A stretch of DNA of 64,000 nt. Source: Myxococcota bacterium (GTDB lineage: Bacteria > Myxococcota_A > SURF-8). Position 1 is the stretch's first letter, and every line of letters starts with the position of its first letter. The notes beneath the pieces were generated by a model. It did no database searches and was not told the origin of the DNA. It saw only the letters and a program-made list of their open reading frames with translations. The DNA lies in assembly GCA_963674735.2 (NCBI GenBank), contig CAXXQS010000001.1:160001-224000 (forward strand), read 5' to 3'. The position numbers were made by a program, and so were the translations under genes. Shown here one piece after another: positions 47,557 to 58,075 of the stretch.

Positions 47557-50289
47557 ATGAATGACAAGAGTGACCAAAGCGGCCGGACGGTATACCTGAT
47601 CGATTCCTCAGGCTATATCTTCAGAGCCTATCATGCAATTCGCGGTAATCTCAGTATGGCCGACGGAACGCCCACCCAGGCTGTCTACGGCTTTACCACC
47701 ATGCTGTTGAAGCTGATAAGGGAAGAGCAACCTTATTGGCTGGTGCCGGTGTTCGATGTTTCCCGACGTTCGTTTCGCCAGGATTTACTGCCGAGTTACA
47801 AAGCCAATCGCCCCCCGGCGCCGGAAGATCTGATCGCCCAGATTCCCTTGATCCACGATGTCGTGGAGGCTTTTGGCTTCCCGGCTGTCGAGTTGGAGGG
47901 CTTCGAGGCGGATGATGTGATTGGAACGCTGGCTGAAAAGCTGGCCGGGGAGGGGTATGAGGTCCGAATCGTCACCAGTGACAAGGATTTCATGCAATTG
48001 GTGAGCGAGCGAATTCGCCTGGTGGACACCTGGAAAAACAAGGTTGTCCGCGAGCCGGAGGTTCTGGAGCGTTTCGGTGTGGAACCGGGCCGGGTGATCG
48101 ATGTAATGGGATTGGCGGGTGACACCAGCGATAATGTTCCGGGTGTGCCGGGTATCGGGGAGAAAACCGCTTCCCAGTTGATACAGGAGTTCGGCAGCCT
48201 GGAAGCCGTACTGGAAAACATCGATCGGGTGAAGGGGACCAAGCGCAAGCAGAACCTGCATGAAAACGCCGAGATGGCCAAATTGTCGAAGGATCTGGTT
48301 ACCATTCGGCGGGATGCCCCGGTATCGATCGATCTGGATAATTACGTTGTGCGTCCCCCCGACTCGGAACGCCTGGTTCCGCTTTTCACCCGCTTGGAGT
48401 TTCGCACTCTACTCAAAACGTTGAATGATTCCATGTCATCCGAGGATGAGACGGTTTCTGAGCCAGCCCCGGAATCGGCTCTCGATCGTTCTCAATATGT
48501 TTTGGTTTCGGATGTCGCGGGATTGGATAAACTGATCGAAACGCTGGATAAAAGCTCTCTGATCGCTTTCGATACGGAAACACGCGGTAAAAACCCGCTG
48601 ATGTCCGACCCCTTGGTGGGGATGTCGTTTTCTCCCAGTGAGGGTGAAGCCTACTATGTACCGGTGGCTCATAGCTTTCCTGGAACGGTGCAAGTTCCCA
48701 AAGCCGAGGTTTTGCAGCGCCTGAGACTGGTCTTCGAGAATCCCGATAAGACCTGGATCATGCAAAACGCCAAGTTCGACTTGCAGGTGATGCATCAGGA
48801 GGGTGTGACCTTTGCCGGGACGGTCGAGGACACCATGCTGATGTCCTATGCGGAAAATCCGGCTCAGCGGCAGCATGGTCTGGATTATCTGGCCATGGAC
48901 TGCCTGGGGCATGCCATGATCCCCTTTTCGGAAGTCTGCGGGAAGGGCAAGAATCAGATTACCTTCGATCAAGTCGATATCCAAACGGCGCTCGGCTATG
49001 CCGCCGAGGATGCCGATGCTACTTACCGCTTATATCACGTGTTGGCTCCCCGCTTGGAGGAAGCCGGCCTGATGGAGCTTTACACTGCCCTGGAACGTCC
49101 GCTGGCAGCCGTTTTGGAAAGAATGGAACGCGCCGGTTTTCTAGTGGATCGTGCGGGGCTTGAAGCGCTGACTCGCCGTTTCGACGAACTGCTGGTCGGA
49201 ATGGAAACCGAGATTTACGAATTGGCCGAGGGCCCGTTCAACATCAACAGTACGCAGCAATTGGCCGAAATCCTGTTTGATAAACTGGGATTGCCGCATG
49301 GACGCAAAACCAAAACCGGTTACAGTACCGATTCGTCGGTGCTTGAAAACCTGGCGGGACGTCATCCGCTACCGGCCAAAATCCTGGAATATCGACAGGC
49401 TGCCAAGCTGAAAAGCACTTATACCGATGCCTTGATTCGTCTGATCAATCCCGACACCGGTCGCGTGCATACCAGTTTCAACCAAACGGTGACGCTGACC
49501 GGACGCTTGTCGTCCTCCGACCCGAATCTGCAGAACATTCCCGTGCGCACCGAAGCGGGTCGTCTGATTCGACGCGCCTTCATCGCGCCTCCGGGATCGG
49601 TGTTGCTGGCCGCCGACTACTCGCAGGTGGAACTGCGCATCCTGGCTCACCTGAGCGGGGATCCGATCATGACCGATGCCTTCGAAAAAGGCGAAGACGT
49701 GCATACGCGCACGGCGGCGGAAGTCTTCGATACCATGGCTGTTTTGGTCGATCGTGAAATGCGGCGACGCGCCAAGGCGGTAAATTTCGGTATCGTATAC
49801 GGCCAAACGGCCTTCGGGCTGGCGGGGTCGCTGGGTATCCCGCAACGTGAAGCCAAGACGATTATCGACAATTATTTTGCCCGCTACAGCGGGGTTAAAA
49901 CCTACATCGATGAACAGCAGGAGCGGGCGCTACGCGAAAAAGAAGTTCGCACTCTGTTTGGTCGTCGTATTCCGTTGCCCGATATCGATGCCCGCAATCA
50001 GCAACTGCGCGGTTACAACGCCCGGGTGGCCATCAATGCCCCGATTCAGGGCACGGCGGCCGATATCATCAAAAAGGCCATGATCGTCATCGACAACGCC
50101 ATCCGGCTACGCAAACTGAAATCTCGCATGCTGCTGCAAGTACACGATGAATTGGTGTTCGAAGTGCCGGAAGCCGAACTCGACGAACTGCGGGCGCTGG
50201 TGGTGGAGAGCATGGAAGGAGCGGCCGAATTGTCGGTGTCGTTGAAAGTGGACGTGGGAGTCGGTGAAAATTGGGAGGTGGCTCACTGA
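47557..50289 (+). CDS. polA: DNA polymerase I
   Basis: 5'-3' exo (EADD, GD.SDN.PG), 3'-5' exo (FDTET, YAAEDAD), polymerase (DYSQVELR, KAVNFG..YG, QVHDE). Confidence 0.98.
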   Translation: MNDKSDQSGRTVYLIDSSGYIFRAYHAIRGNLSMADGTPTQAVYGFTTMLLKLIREEQPYWLVPVFDVSRRSFRQDLLPSYKANRPPAPEDLIAQIPLIHDVVEAFGFPAVELEGFEADDVIGTLAEKLAGEGYEVRIVTSDKDFMQLVSERIRLVDTWKNKVVREPEVLERFGVEPGRVIDVMGLAGDTSDNVPGVPGIGEKTASQLIQEFGSLEAVLENIDRVKGTKRKQNLHENAEMAKLSKDLVTIRRDAPVSIDLDNYVVRPPDSERLVPLFTRLEFRTLLKTLNDSMSSEDETVSEPAPESALDRSQYVLVSDVAGLDKLIETLDKSSLIAFDTETRGKNPLMSDPLVGMSFSPSEGEAYYVPVAHSFPGTVQVPKAEVLQRLRLVFENPDKTWIMQNAKFDLQVMHQEGVTFAGTVEDTMLMSYAENPAQRQHGLDYLAMDCLGHAMIPFSEVCGKGKNQITFDQVDIQTALGYAAEDADATYRLYHVLAPRLEEAGLMELYTALERPLAAVLERMERAGFLVDRAGLEALTRRFDELLVGMETEIYELAEGPFNINSTQQLAEILFDKLGLPHGRKTKTGYSTDSSVLENLAGRHPLPAKILEYRQAAKLKSTYTDALIRLINPDTGRVHTSFNQTVTLTGRLSSSDPNLQNIPVRTEAGRLIRRAFIAPPGSVLLAADYSQVELRILAHLSGDPIMTDAFEKGEDVHTRTAAEVFDTMAVLVDREMRRRAKAVNFGIVYGQTAFGLAGSLGIPQREAKTIIDNYFARYSGVKTYIDEQQERALREKEVRTLFGRRIPLPDIDARNQQLRGYNARVAINAPIQGTAADIIKKAMIVIDNAIRLRKLKSRMLLQVHDELVFEVPEAELDELRALVVESMEGAAELSVSLKVDVGVGENWEVAH

Positions 50290-50449
50290 GGGTTAGACGA
50301 AAAAGCTTTCGTTTTCACCTCCGATTACGGTAAAAATAACGATCCGGCTCCAGTCGGGACGATCGCCTCTTAATAAACAGGCGAACTCGGCAGCCCGAAA
50401 ATGAAAACAGGCCGTCCGGAATGGTCGGGACGGTGAAAGGATAGGTGGT

Positions 50450-51469
50450 ATGCAGGACAACATCCGTAACGCGAAAGACGAGGCGCTGGAGTTGGTGGCC
50501 GCTTGTGCCGATGAGGCCGAGTTGGAAAACTGCCGTGTTAAAACACTCGGGAAAAAAGGAAGCATTTCCCTTTTGATGAAACTACTGGGAAAGGCGGACC
50601 CGAGTGAGCGCAAGGCTATCGGACAGATGGTCAATGAAGCCAAGGCTGCGGTGCAAGACGCCATCGATGAACGGCGGGCTGTGCTGATCGAATCGCGCTA
50701 TGAAGGTTTGGCCGAGCGAGAATGGATCGACTTGACCTTGCCGGGAGACAAACCGGTCACGGGACATATTCACCCCATTTTCGCCGTTCAACGGGAGTTG
50801 GAAGGGATCTTTACTTCCATGGGATTCGAAGTTCTCGATGGACCGGAAGTAGAGACGGATTACAACAACTTCGAAGCGTTGAATATCCCGCCGGATCATC
50901 CGGCGCGGGATATGCAGGATACCTTCTGGACCGAAGACCGCAATCTGCTACGCACGCATACGTCGTGTATCCAGGTGCGTGGTATGGCTGAACGGCGTCC
51001 GCCGCTGCGATTGATCGCGCCGGGACGGGTTTTCCGCTACGAGGATATCGACGCCAGCCACGAAAACACGTTTTGGCAGATGGAAGGCCTGATGGTCGAC
51101 CGGGGTATTTCGGTGGCGCACCTGATCCATTTCATGAAATCGCTTTTACGCGAAATTTTCCACACCGATATGAAGATTCGTTTGCGTCCCGGCTACTTTC
51201 CGTTTGTGGAGCCGGGATTTGAACTGGATATCGAGTGTCAGGTTTGCCACGGCTCGGGTTGTTCGGTATGCAAGCAGACCGGCTGGGTGGAGCTGCTACC
51301 CTGTGGACTGGTGCATCCCAACGTGTTGTCGATGGCCAATATCGATCCGGATACCTATTCCGGTTTCGCATTCGGACTGGGGCTCAGTCGTCTGGTGATG
51401 ATGCGTTACGGGATCGATGACATCCGGCACTTTTTGTCGGGAGATCTGCGCTTCGTGCGGCAATTTTAA
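50450..51469 (+). CDS. pheS: Phenylalanine-tRNA ligase alpha subunit
   Basis: 'HPARDMQDTF', 'LRTHTS', 'YFPFVEP', Zn knuckle CxxC..CxxC, 'GFAFG.G..R'. Confidence 0.97.
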   Translation: MQDNIRNAKDEALELVAACADEAELENCRVKTLGKKGSISLLMKLLGKADPSERKAIGQMVNEAKAAVQDAIDERRAVLIESRYEGLAEREWIDLTLPGDKPVTGHIHPIFAVQRELEGIFTSMGFEVLDGPEVETDYNNFEALNIPPDHPARDMQDTFWTEDRNLLRTHTSCIQVRGMAERRPPLRLIAPGRVFRYEDIDASHENTFWQMEGLMVDRGISVAHLIHFMKSLLREIFHTDMKIRLRPGYFPFVEPGFELDIECQVCHGSGCSVCKQTGWVELLPCGLVHPNVLSMANIDPDTYSGFAFGLGLSRLVMMRYGIDDIRHFLSGDLRFVRQF

Positions 51470-51513
51470 AACAGTCGCCCGCCGTCTAGGCAGGCGGGCA
51501 AGGAGCAAATACG

Positions 51514-53904
51514 TTGAATATCTCGCTTAATTGGATCAAGGACTTTGTCGACCTGGGCTTGCTCAGTGCGGAAGACGTCCGCGATCGTATCACGATCAGT
51601 ACGGCGGAGGTGGAAGGTGTTGAGTCGGTCGGCGCGCACTTTACGCAGATCGTGACGGCGCGGGTCGTGGAAGTGAACCCGCATCCCAACGCGGATAAAC
51701 TCAAACTGGTTCGCGTAGCGGATGGTCTGGGCGAGATGGAAGTTGTCTGCGGCGCGCCTAATGTGGCTGTTGGACAAGTGATCGCTTTGGCCAAAGCCGG
51801 TGCCGATCTTCCCTCAGGACGCTTGCAGGCCTCCACGATTCGCGGCGTGCGTTCGGAAGGCATGATCTGTGCCGAGGATGAACTGGGGCTCTCCGACAAT
51901 CATGATGGCGTGCTGGTGCTTCCTGAAGGAACCCAGGTCGGTCTAACACTCGACAAGATTCTGGGTGCTCCCGATATCGTGCTGGAAGTCGATAACAAGT
52001 CTTTGACCCATCGTCCCGACTTGTGGGGGCATGTGGGTTTTGCACGGGAGTTTTCGGCGGTTTACAAACGACCGTTCAACTGGTCGGTAGATCAGAGTAT
52101 GTTGAAGGCCGCTTCGAATCCCGATCCGTTGCGCATCGATAACCGTGTGCCCGAGTTGTGCCCCCGGTACTCGGCGTTGGTGGTTCGAAACGTGTTTGTG
52201 GCACCTTCTCCAGAATGGCTGCAGCAGCGCCTGCGAGCGGTGGGACTGCGCCCCATCAACAATCTGGTGGATGTGACCAATTACGTTATGCTGGAATTGG
52301 GTCAGCCCATGCATGCCTTCGACCGGCGTCAGATCGCGGGTGATTGCATCGTGATCCGTCAAGCGGAAGCGGGCGAGCGTTTCACCACCCTGGATGAACA
52401 AGAGCATGAACTGATCGCCGATGACATCATAATTGCCGACTCGGAGCGTGCCGTGGCTCTGGGGGGTGTTATGGGTGGCTTGAATAGTGAAATCGTGCCT
52501 GACACCACGTGTGTGGTGCTCGAATCGGCCAACTTCCAGCCGACTCATATTCGTCGCACGGCCAATCGGCTCGGTTTGCGGACGGATTCGGCCATGCGCT
52601 TCGAGAAAGGCCAGGATCCGGCCATCACCCGTGCTTCGATCGCTCGGGCGGTGGAACTGATTCGCCTGACCTGTCCGGAAGCCGAGGTCGGCTCGGAGTT
52701 CCTCGACTCCTGGTCTGCTCCGCCCGAACCGGTGCTGATCGAGATCGATTTCGAGCATATTCACGAGCGTTTGGGTGAGCGTCTGCCAGAAGAAAAGATC
52801 ATCGACATTCTGGAACGATTGCATTTCACTGTCGAGCGTGTCGGCGTGTCCGGCTTGCGGATGCGGGTGCCCAGTTATCGCGCCACCCGCGATGTGAGTA
52901 TCAAGGCCGATATCGTGGAGGAAATCGGGCGGATTTTCGGTTACGACAACATTACGCCGATTCCGCCCAAAGTCTTGTCCGATCCGCCGCGCCACAACGA
53001 ACTGCGGCGTTTCGAATGGGACGTTCGCGACATCATGGCTGCCCGTCTGGGTTTCGACGAAGTCAGCAACTATTCGTTTGTCGCGAAAAAATCCGTGGAA
53101 AATTGCGGTTTGGACCCGGAGCCGTTGCTGCGATTGCAAAATCCGCTTTCGCACGATCTCGACCGCTTGCGCGGAAGTCTTGTCCCACATATGGTCGAAA
53201 ATGTGGTTACCAACCAGAAGCGGCTGGAAGTTTTCCGGTTTTTTGAATTAGGCAAAGTTACCCACAAATCCGATCGCGCCTCGCGGGATCTGGCCGAGCA
53301 GAATCTGCGCTTGGCGGGCGTGGTTGTCGAAGCGAGCGAAACTCCGTATTATACGGTCAAAGGTGCGGTGGAATCGCTGGCCAGCCAATTGGATCTGGAT
53401 GGGTTAGCCTGGATTCCCGATACCGACGCCCCTCCCTGGCTGCATCCGGGTCGGGCAGTCCGGCTCGAAAGCCCCGACGGTCTTCTCGGTTGGTTTGGTG
53501 AATTGCATCCACGTGTCGCCGATGCCTTTGAGGTACGCGGGCGTGTGGGTATTTTCGACTTCGACGCAGATCGCTTGTTTGGCGCATCGAAAAAAGAGAT
53601 GCATTTTAAACATCTGCGCCGTTTTCCGGTGAACCCGATCGAGATTACGGCCGTTTGCGATACACGGACGCCGGTCGGCGAGGTAGCTCGCCTGATTGAA
53701 GAAGTCGGCGGCGAATTTTTGGTGGAGTCGCGTTTTCTCTATTTGTATGAAGGCGAGCATCTGGATGCGGGTAAGAAGGCTGTCACTTATCACGTTGTGT
53801 TCGGTGCAGACGATCGGACATTGGGGCGTGAAGAAGTTGCCGGATTGCACGAACGTCTGGCGGTCCGCCTGCGCGAGGCCGGAATGCCGTTACGTGGCGA
53901 GTAA
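51514..53904 (+). CDS. pheT: Phenylalanine-tRNA ligase beta subunit
   Basis: 'HPNADKL', 'VCGAPN', 'RPINNLVDVTNYV', 'RFEKG', 'EEIGRIFGYD'; TTG start after AAGGAG. Confidence 0.96.
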   Translation: MNISLNWIKDFVDLGLLSAEDVRDRITISTAEVEGVESVGAHFTQIVTARVVEVNPHPNADKLKLVRVADGLGEMEVVCGAPNVAVGQVIALAKAGADLPSGRLQASTIRGVRSEGMICAEDELGLSDNHDGVLVLPEGTQVGLTLDKILGAPDIVLEVDNKSLTHRPDLWGHVGFAREFSAVYKRPFNWSVDQSMLKAASNPDPLRIDNRVPELCPRYSALVVRNVFVAPSPEWLQQRLRAVGLRPINNLVDVTNYVMLELGQPMHAFDRRQIAGDCIVIRQAEAGERFTTLDEQEHELIADDIIIADSERAVALGGVMGGLNSEIVPDTTCVVLESANFQPTHIRRTANRLGLRTDSAMRFEKGQDPAITRASIARAVELIRLTCPEAEVGSEFLDSWSAPPEPVLIEIDFEHIHERLGERLPEEKIIDILERLHFTVERVGVSGLRMRVPSYRATRDVSIKADIVEEIGRIFGYDNITPIPPKVLSDPPRHNELRRFEWDVRDIMAARLGFDEVSNYSFVAKKSVENCGLDPEPLLRLQNPLSHDLDRLRGSLVPHMVENVVTNQKRLEVFRFFELGKVTHKSDRASRDLAEQNLRLAGVVVEASETPYYTVKGAVESLASQLDLDGLAWIPDTDAPPWLHPGRAVRLESPDGLLGWFGELHPRVADAFEVRGRVGIFDFDADRLFGASKKEMHFKHLRRFPVNPIEITAVCDTRTPVGEVARLIEEVGGEFLVESRFLYLYEGEHLDAGKKAVTYHVVFGADDRTLGREEVAGLHERLAVRLREAGMPLRGE

Positions 53905-53963
53905 ATATAACCTGTTCACGCGACGATGCTACGGTATCATTGGGTCGCCGGTGGCGAATTGAG

Positions 53964-54884
53964 ATGGAGAAGCATGTGCCGATCAGTATGACGAAAATGA
54001 GCCGGTTTGCGTTGATGGTTTTGGTCTTAGCGCTGGCGTTGTGGGGGATGGTGGCGACAGCCGGATGCGATGCAAAGGCCGTCACGGAAACCGTGGTACG
54101 GGTGCTGGTTGGACAGGAAGGTGGTACCGTGCTGGGGCCCAAAGGGACCAAGATCATCTTTCCGGTTGGAGCAGTGGAGGATGATTGGATTATTTCGGTT
54201 CAGGAACTGCCGTGCGAACAGGTGCCGGGAAACGGTGATCTGCGGATGCTTTCGGTCGCGTTGCTTATTCAGCCCGAAGGCTTGATATTCAAACGACCGG
54301 TGACCGTGGAAATGCCCTATACCCGTGGGACATTGACGCTGGCCCAGCAGAAAAACCAGATCACCCCTTACATCGCTCCGGTTTTCAGTCCTTACTGGAT
54401 GGCGGCTGATGGCGCCGTACAGATCAACTCGCATACCATTCGTGTCGATACCACCCATTTCGGTGTGTTCGGACTCTTTTTCGACCCCACACCGGAGCCG
54501 GATGGCGATTCGGATGTGGAGGAAGAGGTCAACATCGACGATTGTTCGTGTACGGATTGGCTTGGCGAATGGTGCCCGGAATCATCGGGTTGCGATGGTC
54601 TCACCGCAATTACGCTCGATGCGCCCGAAGGCTCCGGATGCGCGTTTCCCATGCGTTTGATCGACGAAAACGGGGATATCCGACTTGAATGGCTGATCGA
54701 AAATTGCACCGATCCCGATTCTATCTCCTTGGTCGTTGACGAGGGGGTAGAATGCATTCTACAATACTCGGAAGAACGGAATACCCTGGATCTGGACTGC
54801 CCGTCCTGCGCCGAGTCGTATGGACAGGCTTATTGCGGCAGCGCCGCTGACGGGGATTATGACGCGGAATCCGAAACCCCATAA
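53964..54884 (+). CDS. Lipoprotein with ZU5-like domain and Cys-rich C-terminus
   Basis: Lipobox-like TAGC; 'GQEGG.V...G..I.FP.GA', 'P.GL.F.RPV', 'TTHFG.FG'; exact start uncertain. Confidence 0.7.
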   Translation: MEKHVPISMTKMSRFALMVLVLALALWGMVATAGCDAKAVTETVVRVLVGQEGGTVLGPKGTKIIFPVGAVEDDWIISVQELPCEQVPGNGDLRMLSVALLIQPEGLIFKRPVTVEMPYTRGTLTLAQQKNQITPYIAPVFSPYWMAADGAVQINSHTIRVDTTHFGVFGLFFDPTPEPDGDSDVEEEVNIDDCSCTDWLGEWCPESSGCDGLTAITLDAPEGSGCAFPMRLIDENGDIRLEWLIENCTDPDSISLVVDEGVECILQYSEERNTLDLDCPSCAESYGQAYCGSAADGDYDAESETP

Positions 54885-56196
54885 GTTTCTGGCTACTTTC
54901 CTCCTATTGACAGGGCTAGTGTCGGCCCTTGTCTGCGGGTGTTCCGGTTCGTCCGATGCGCCTCCCGCCGATGCCGACGACGGTGCGGGCGACGCGGATG
55001 TGACCGATCCCGATACCGCTCCCCCCGATGGAGATCTCGACTCCGAAACGTCTGGCGATACCGATCCGGAGAGTGACGGCGATGCCGACTGCGAGGCCAA
55101 CGCCTGCGGTCTCTGCGAAGGGATTCCTGTTGAAGGGGTGGGGGATGACTGCGGAACTTGCGGTGTAGTCCGTTGCAACGACGACGGGATCAGTACGTAT
55201 TGCGATGATCCCGGTCTGAATGCCTGTGAGGTCTGTGGTCCGGCGATTGAGAATCTCGGAGATGACTGCGGAGCATGCGGCACACGTGTGTGCGCCCCGA
55301 ACGGCCAGGCCTCCATCTGCAACGATCCGGGCACCAATGAATGCGGGTCTTGCGGCGAGGCTTTACCCGAGCTGGGGCAAAGTTGCGAAACGCAGGCCGG
55401 TTGTCTGGGGACTTACATCTGTGCACAAAACGGTTTGGAATTGGTTTGCGATGCACCGCTGCCGAATCAATGTGGCCTGTGCGGAGGGCCTGATTTGGCG
55501 GAAGTGGGTCAAAGCTGTGTGAATCCTGCGGGTTGTGAAACGATTTGGGTTTGTGATGAAAGCCGCATCGATGTCCGTTGCAGCGAGCAGCCGGTGCCCA
55601 ATGAGTGCGGTTTGTGCGGCGGGCCTCCCCTGGCGCAGATCGGACAGTCCTGCCAAAGCATCGATGGGTGTGCGGGCCTGTTTACCTGTAACGAAACGGG
55701 TAACGCCGCGTTGTGCAATGCTTATCTTATCAATCAGTGTTTTGTCTGTGGCCCCGATCTTCCCGAAATCGGTCAATCTTGTACCAACAGTGTGGGTTGT
55801 CCTGGAACCTATGGCTGCAATGTCGGGGGCCAGAGCTCAAAGTGTAATGCGCCGCAACGCAATCAATGCGGGGCCTGCGGCGGTCCCAACCTCACTCAAT
55901 TGGGCTTCCCTTGTACGAACACCGATGGTTGTACGGGAGTTTGGATCTGTAGTGCGACGGGCTTGTCGTTGGTTTGCGGGGCTCCGGGGATCAATGAATG
56001 CGAGGTTTGCGGGCCGGATTTGCCGGATTGGGAGGAGCCTTGTTTTGATGATGAGAGTGGTTGTCCCGGAACATGGATGTGCGCGGATGATGGGCAGTCG
56101 CTGATTTGCGATATTTCACTCTGTGCTGATGGGGATATGGAGCTCGATCAGGATGGAGAAAACGATAGCTTGGATGTGGAAAGCACAATCGAATAG
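54859..56196 (+). CDS. Cys-rich repeat lipoprotein
   Basis: Lipobox-like VCGC; Asp-rich linker; eight ~40-aa N-x-C-x-x-C repeats. Confidence 0.8.
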   Translation: MTRNPKPHKFLATFLLLTGLVSALVCGCSGSSDAPPADADDGAGDADVTDPDTAPPDGDLDSETSGDTDPESDGDADCEANACGLCEGIPVEGVGDDCGTCGVVRCNDDGISTYCDDPGLNACEVCGPAIENLGDDCGACGTRVCAPNGQASICNDPGTNECGSCGEALPELGQSCETQAGCLGTYICAQNGLELVCDAPLPNQCGLCGGPDLAEVGQSCVNPAGCETIWVCDESRIDVRCSEQPVPNECGLCGGPPLAQIGQSCQSIDGCAGLFTCNETGNAALCNAYLINQCFVCGPDLPEIGQSCTNSVGCPGTYGCNVGGQSSKCNAPQRNQCGACGGPNLTQLGFPCTNTDGCTGVWICSATGLSLVCGAPGINECEVCGPDLPDWEEPCFDDESGCPGTWMCADDGQSLICDISLCADGDMELDQDGENDSLDVESTIE

Positions 56197-56389
56197 TTAA
56201 ATTAATTCAGTATTTTACATATTTGTGGATGATTTCGGTCGTTTTCTTTGTTTATATTGTAAGGAAAATCACCGAAAAGCCTTTCATTTTCGTCTGCTTC
56301 TCTTGATTTTTCGCCGTTTTGGAAATAGGATAGAGAACAGGTTGCAAAATTGATGCAGTCGTGACGTGTTTTGGGGTCACAGGGGAGGT

Positions 56390-58054
56390 ATGATGAAGAC
56401 TCGAGGGTGGATCGCAGTACTTCTCAGTCTTACGATAATGCTGGCGGCCGGGGTTGCTTCCGCGCAGACCAAATGGCGTCCGGATGATGCGGGACCGACT
56501 TTCGCGGATATGATGAGCCAATCGGCCAATGTGGTGTTTGCGCAAATCACCTCGGTCAGCGTCGGTTCGATCAATGTTTCGGTGGCGAAGGCGTTGAAAG
56601 GCAACGCTCACGATGAAATCCGTATTACGGGTTTCAAATCGCGTGCTTATGCCCCGGTCGACAACCTGAAAGAAACGTTCAAGGTGGGAGAAGATTATTT
56701 CTTCTTCCTCGGTGCGGCCATGGTTGGATCGGTGCCGTTCGAGCCGATTCACAAGTCGGTGGATCTCAAAGTCGAACGTGGTGTCGTGACGACTTCCGTG
56801 ATTTCTCCCATTTTTGCGAAGTATCAACACGAGATCGATTTCCAGACGATGTCGAGTTACCTGGAAGGCCTGGCTGCCGTTGAACGCCGTATGCCGGTCA
56901 ACCCGGTTTTGTTGGGGCAACTCTACGAAAAGCTCGAACAGGCGGTGGCGGATCCGCAAAGCACTATGGCGCCTACCTATCTGACGATGGTGCGCCAGCT
57001 CAATCCTCTCTATGACAACGCCAAAGTTTTTCTGTCGATGTTGGAGCATGCCGATGTCAACTGTCGGGTGCTGGCCATCCAGGAATTGACCCATTTGGCC
57101 TTGACCAAGCCGAATATGACCTTGGAGCCCAAAGAACCCGAGAACCCTAAAAAGGGAAAGAAAAAGCAATCCAAGCGTAGCAAGAAAAGGCGGAAAGCGA
57201 AAAAACAGGTGGAGCCGACCATGTCGGAGATCGCCTTCCAGCGCATCCTTTCTACTTTGAAGTCCGATCAATCGAATCTGGTGAAGTCGACGGCTGCCAT
57301 CGCCCTGGGTCGCTTGCAAAATCCCGCCGGTATCAACGAGTTGGGCGACCTGATCGATGCGTCCAACATGGACGAAGTCGAATTGTGCGAGGTTGTGCCG
57401 GTTGTGGGCGTTGAGCCGACGATGAAAGCCATCATTCGTGCCGTGGTCGAGTTTGACGACGACCGTGCGCTGGATGTTTTGGAACGCGAACTGCTGAAAA
57501 ATCGAGTGGACTCTTTCCGGGTGATCCTGGAGGTTTTCAAGGATTATTCCGATACCTCGCTGCAATTGTTGTTGCTCGATCTTCTACAAGATCGCAATTT
57601 CCTGCCGCGTCAGGTCGCGATTCTCGAATATTTTCACACCGTCAAAGACAAAGAAACCATCGATGGTTTGAAAAAGCTGTTTTTGTCGCCGGATGCCGGA
57701 TCGGAATTTATCCGCAAGAGTATCATCGAGGTGTTCGAAGACTTCCGTGAACCTAAATCAACGGGTGCCTTCGTAATCCAATACGGTCTGCACGACCCGA
57801 ATCCGGTTGTGCGCCAAGCCGCCGCCCGCTCTCTCGGAAAATTGAACGTAACCGAAGCGGTCGAAGAGTTCAAAGCCATTTACTTCAAGGAAAGCAACCG
57901 CCTGGCCCGTGAGTTTTACGTCGAAGCAATGGCGGAAATCAAGTCCCGTCTGGCTTTCGAGACGCTGAAATGGCTGCAAACCAAGGAGACCGATCCGCGC
58001 ATGCTCAAGCAGATCGCGTTTGCCCTTAAAAAGAGCCGTTATCTCTCGCAATAG
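56390..58054 (+). CDS. Exported HEAT-repeat protein
   Basis: Signal peptide (ASA-Q); 'V...AAIALG.L', 'DPNPVVRQAAARSLG'; GGAGG RBS. Confidence 0.8.
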   Translation: MMKTRGWIAVLLSLTIMLAAGVASAQTKWRPDDAGPTFADMMSQSANVVFAQITSVSVGSINVSVAKALKGNAHDEIRITGFKSRAYAPVDNLKETFKVGEDYFFFLGAAMVGSVPFEPIHKSVDLKVERGVVTTSVISPIFAKYQHEIDFQTMSSYLEGLAAVERRMPVNPVLLGQLYEKLEQAVADPQSTMAPTYLTMVRQLNPLYDNAKVFLSMLEHADVNCRVLAIQELTHLALTKPNMTLEPKEPENPKKGKKKQSKRSKKRRKAKKQVEPTMSEIAFQRILSTLKSDQSNLVKSTAAIALGRLQNPAGINELGDLIDASNMDEVELCEVVPVVGVEPTMKAIIRAVVEFDDDRALDVLERELLKNRVDSFRVILEVFKDYSDTSLQLLLLDLLQDRNFLPRQVAILEYFHTVKDKETIDGLKKLFLSPDAGSEFIRKSIIEVFEDFREPKSTGAFVIQYGLHDPNPVVRQAAARSLGKLNVTEAVEEFKAIYFKESNRLAREFYVEAMAEIKSRLAFETLKWLQTKETDPRMLKQIAFALKKSRYLSQ

Positions 58055-58075
58055 GCGGTCCGCTAGTGGATCGAC

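Noticed and set aside
47111-47560. ORF-track calls 47111-47302, 47262-47501 and 47315-47560
   Set aside because: Better explained by the overlapping selenoprotein gene at 47189-47404 on the minus strand
51474-51500. Hairpin between pheS and pheT as a terminator or attenuator
   Set aside because: GCCCGCC/GGCGGGC stem has no U-tract and lies within a conserved operon; at most a small REP-like or stabilising hairpin
56252-57565. Long antisense ORFs (also 51943-53190, 20624-21781, 21991-23052, 39723-40754)
   Set aside because: Shadow frames of well-supported genes in GC-rich DNA; no recognisable motifs
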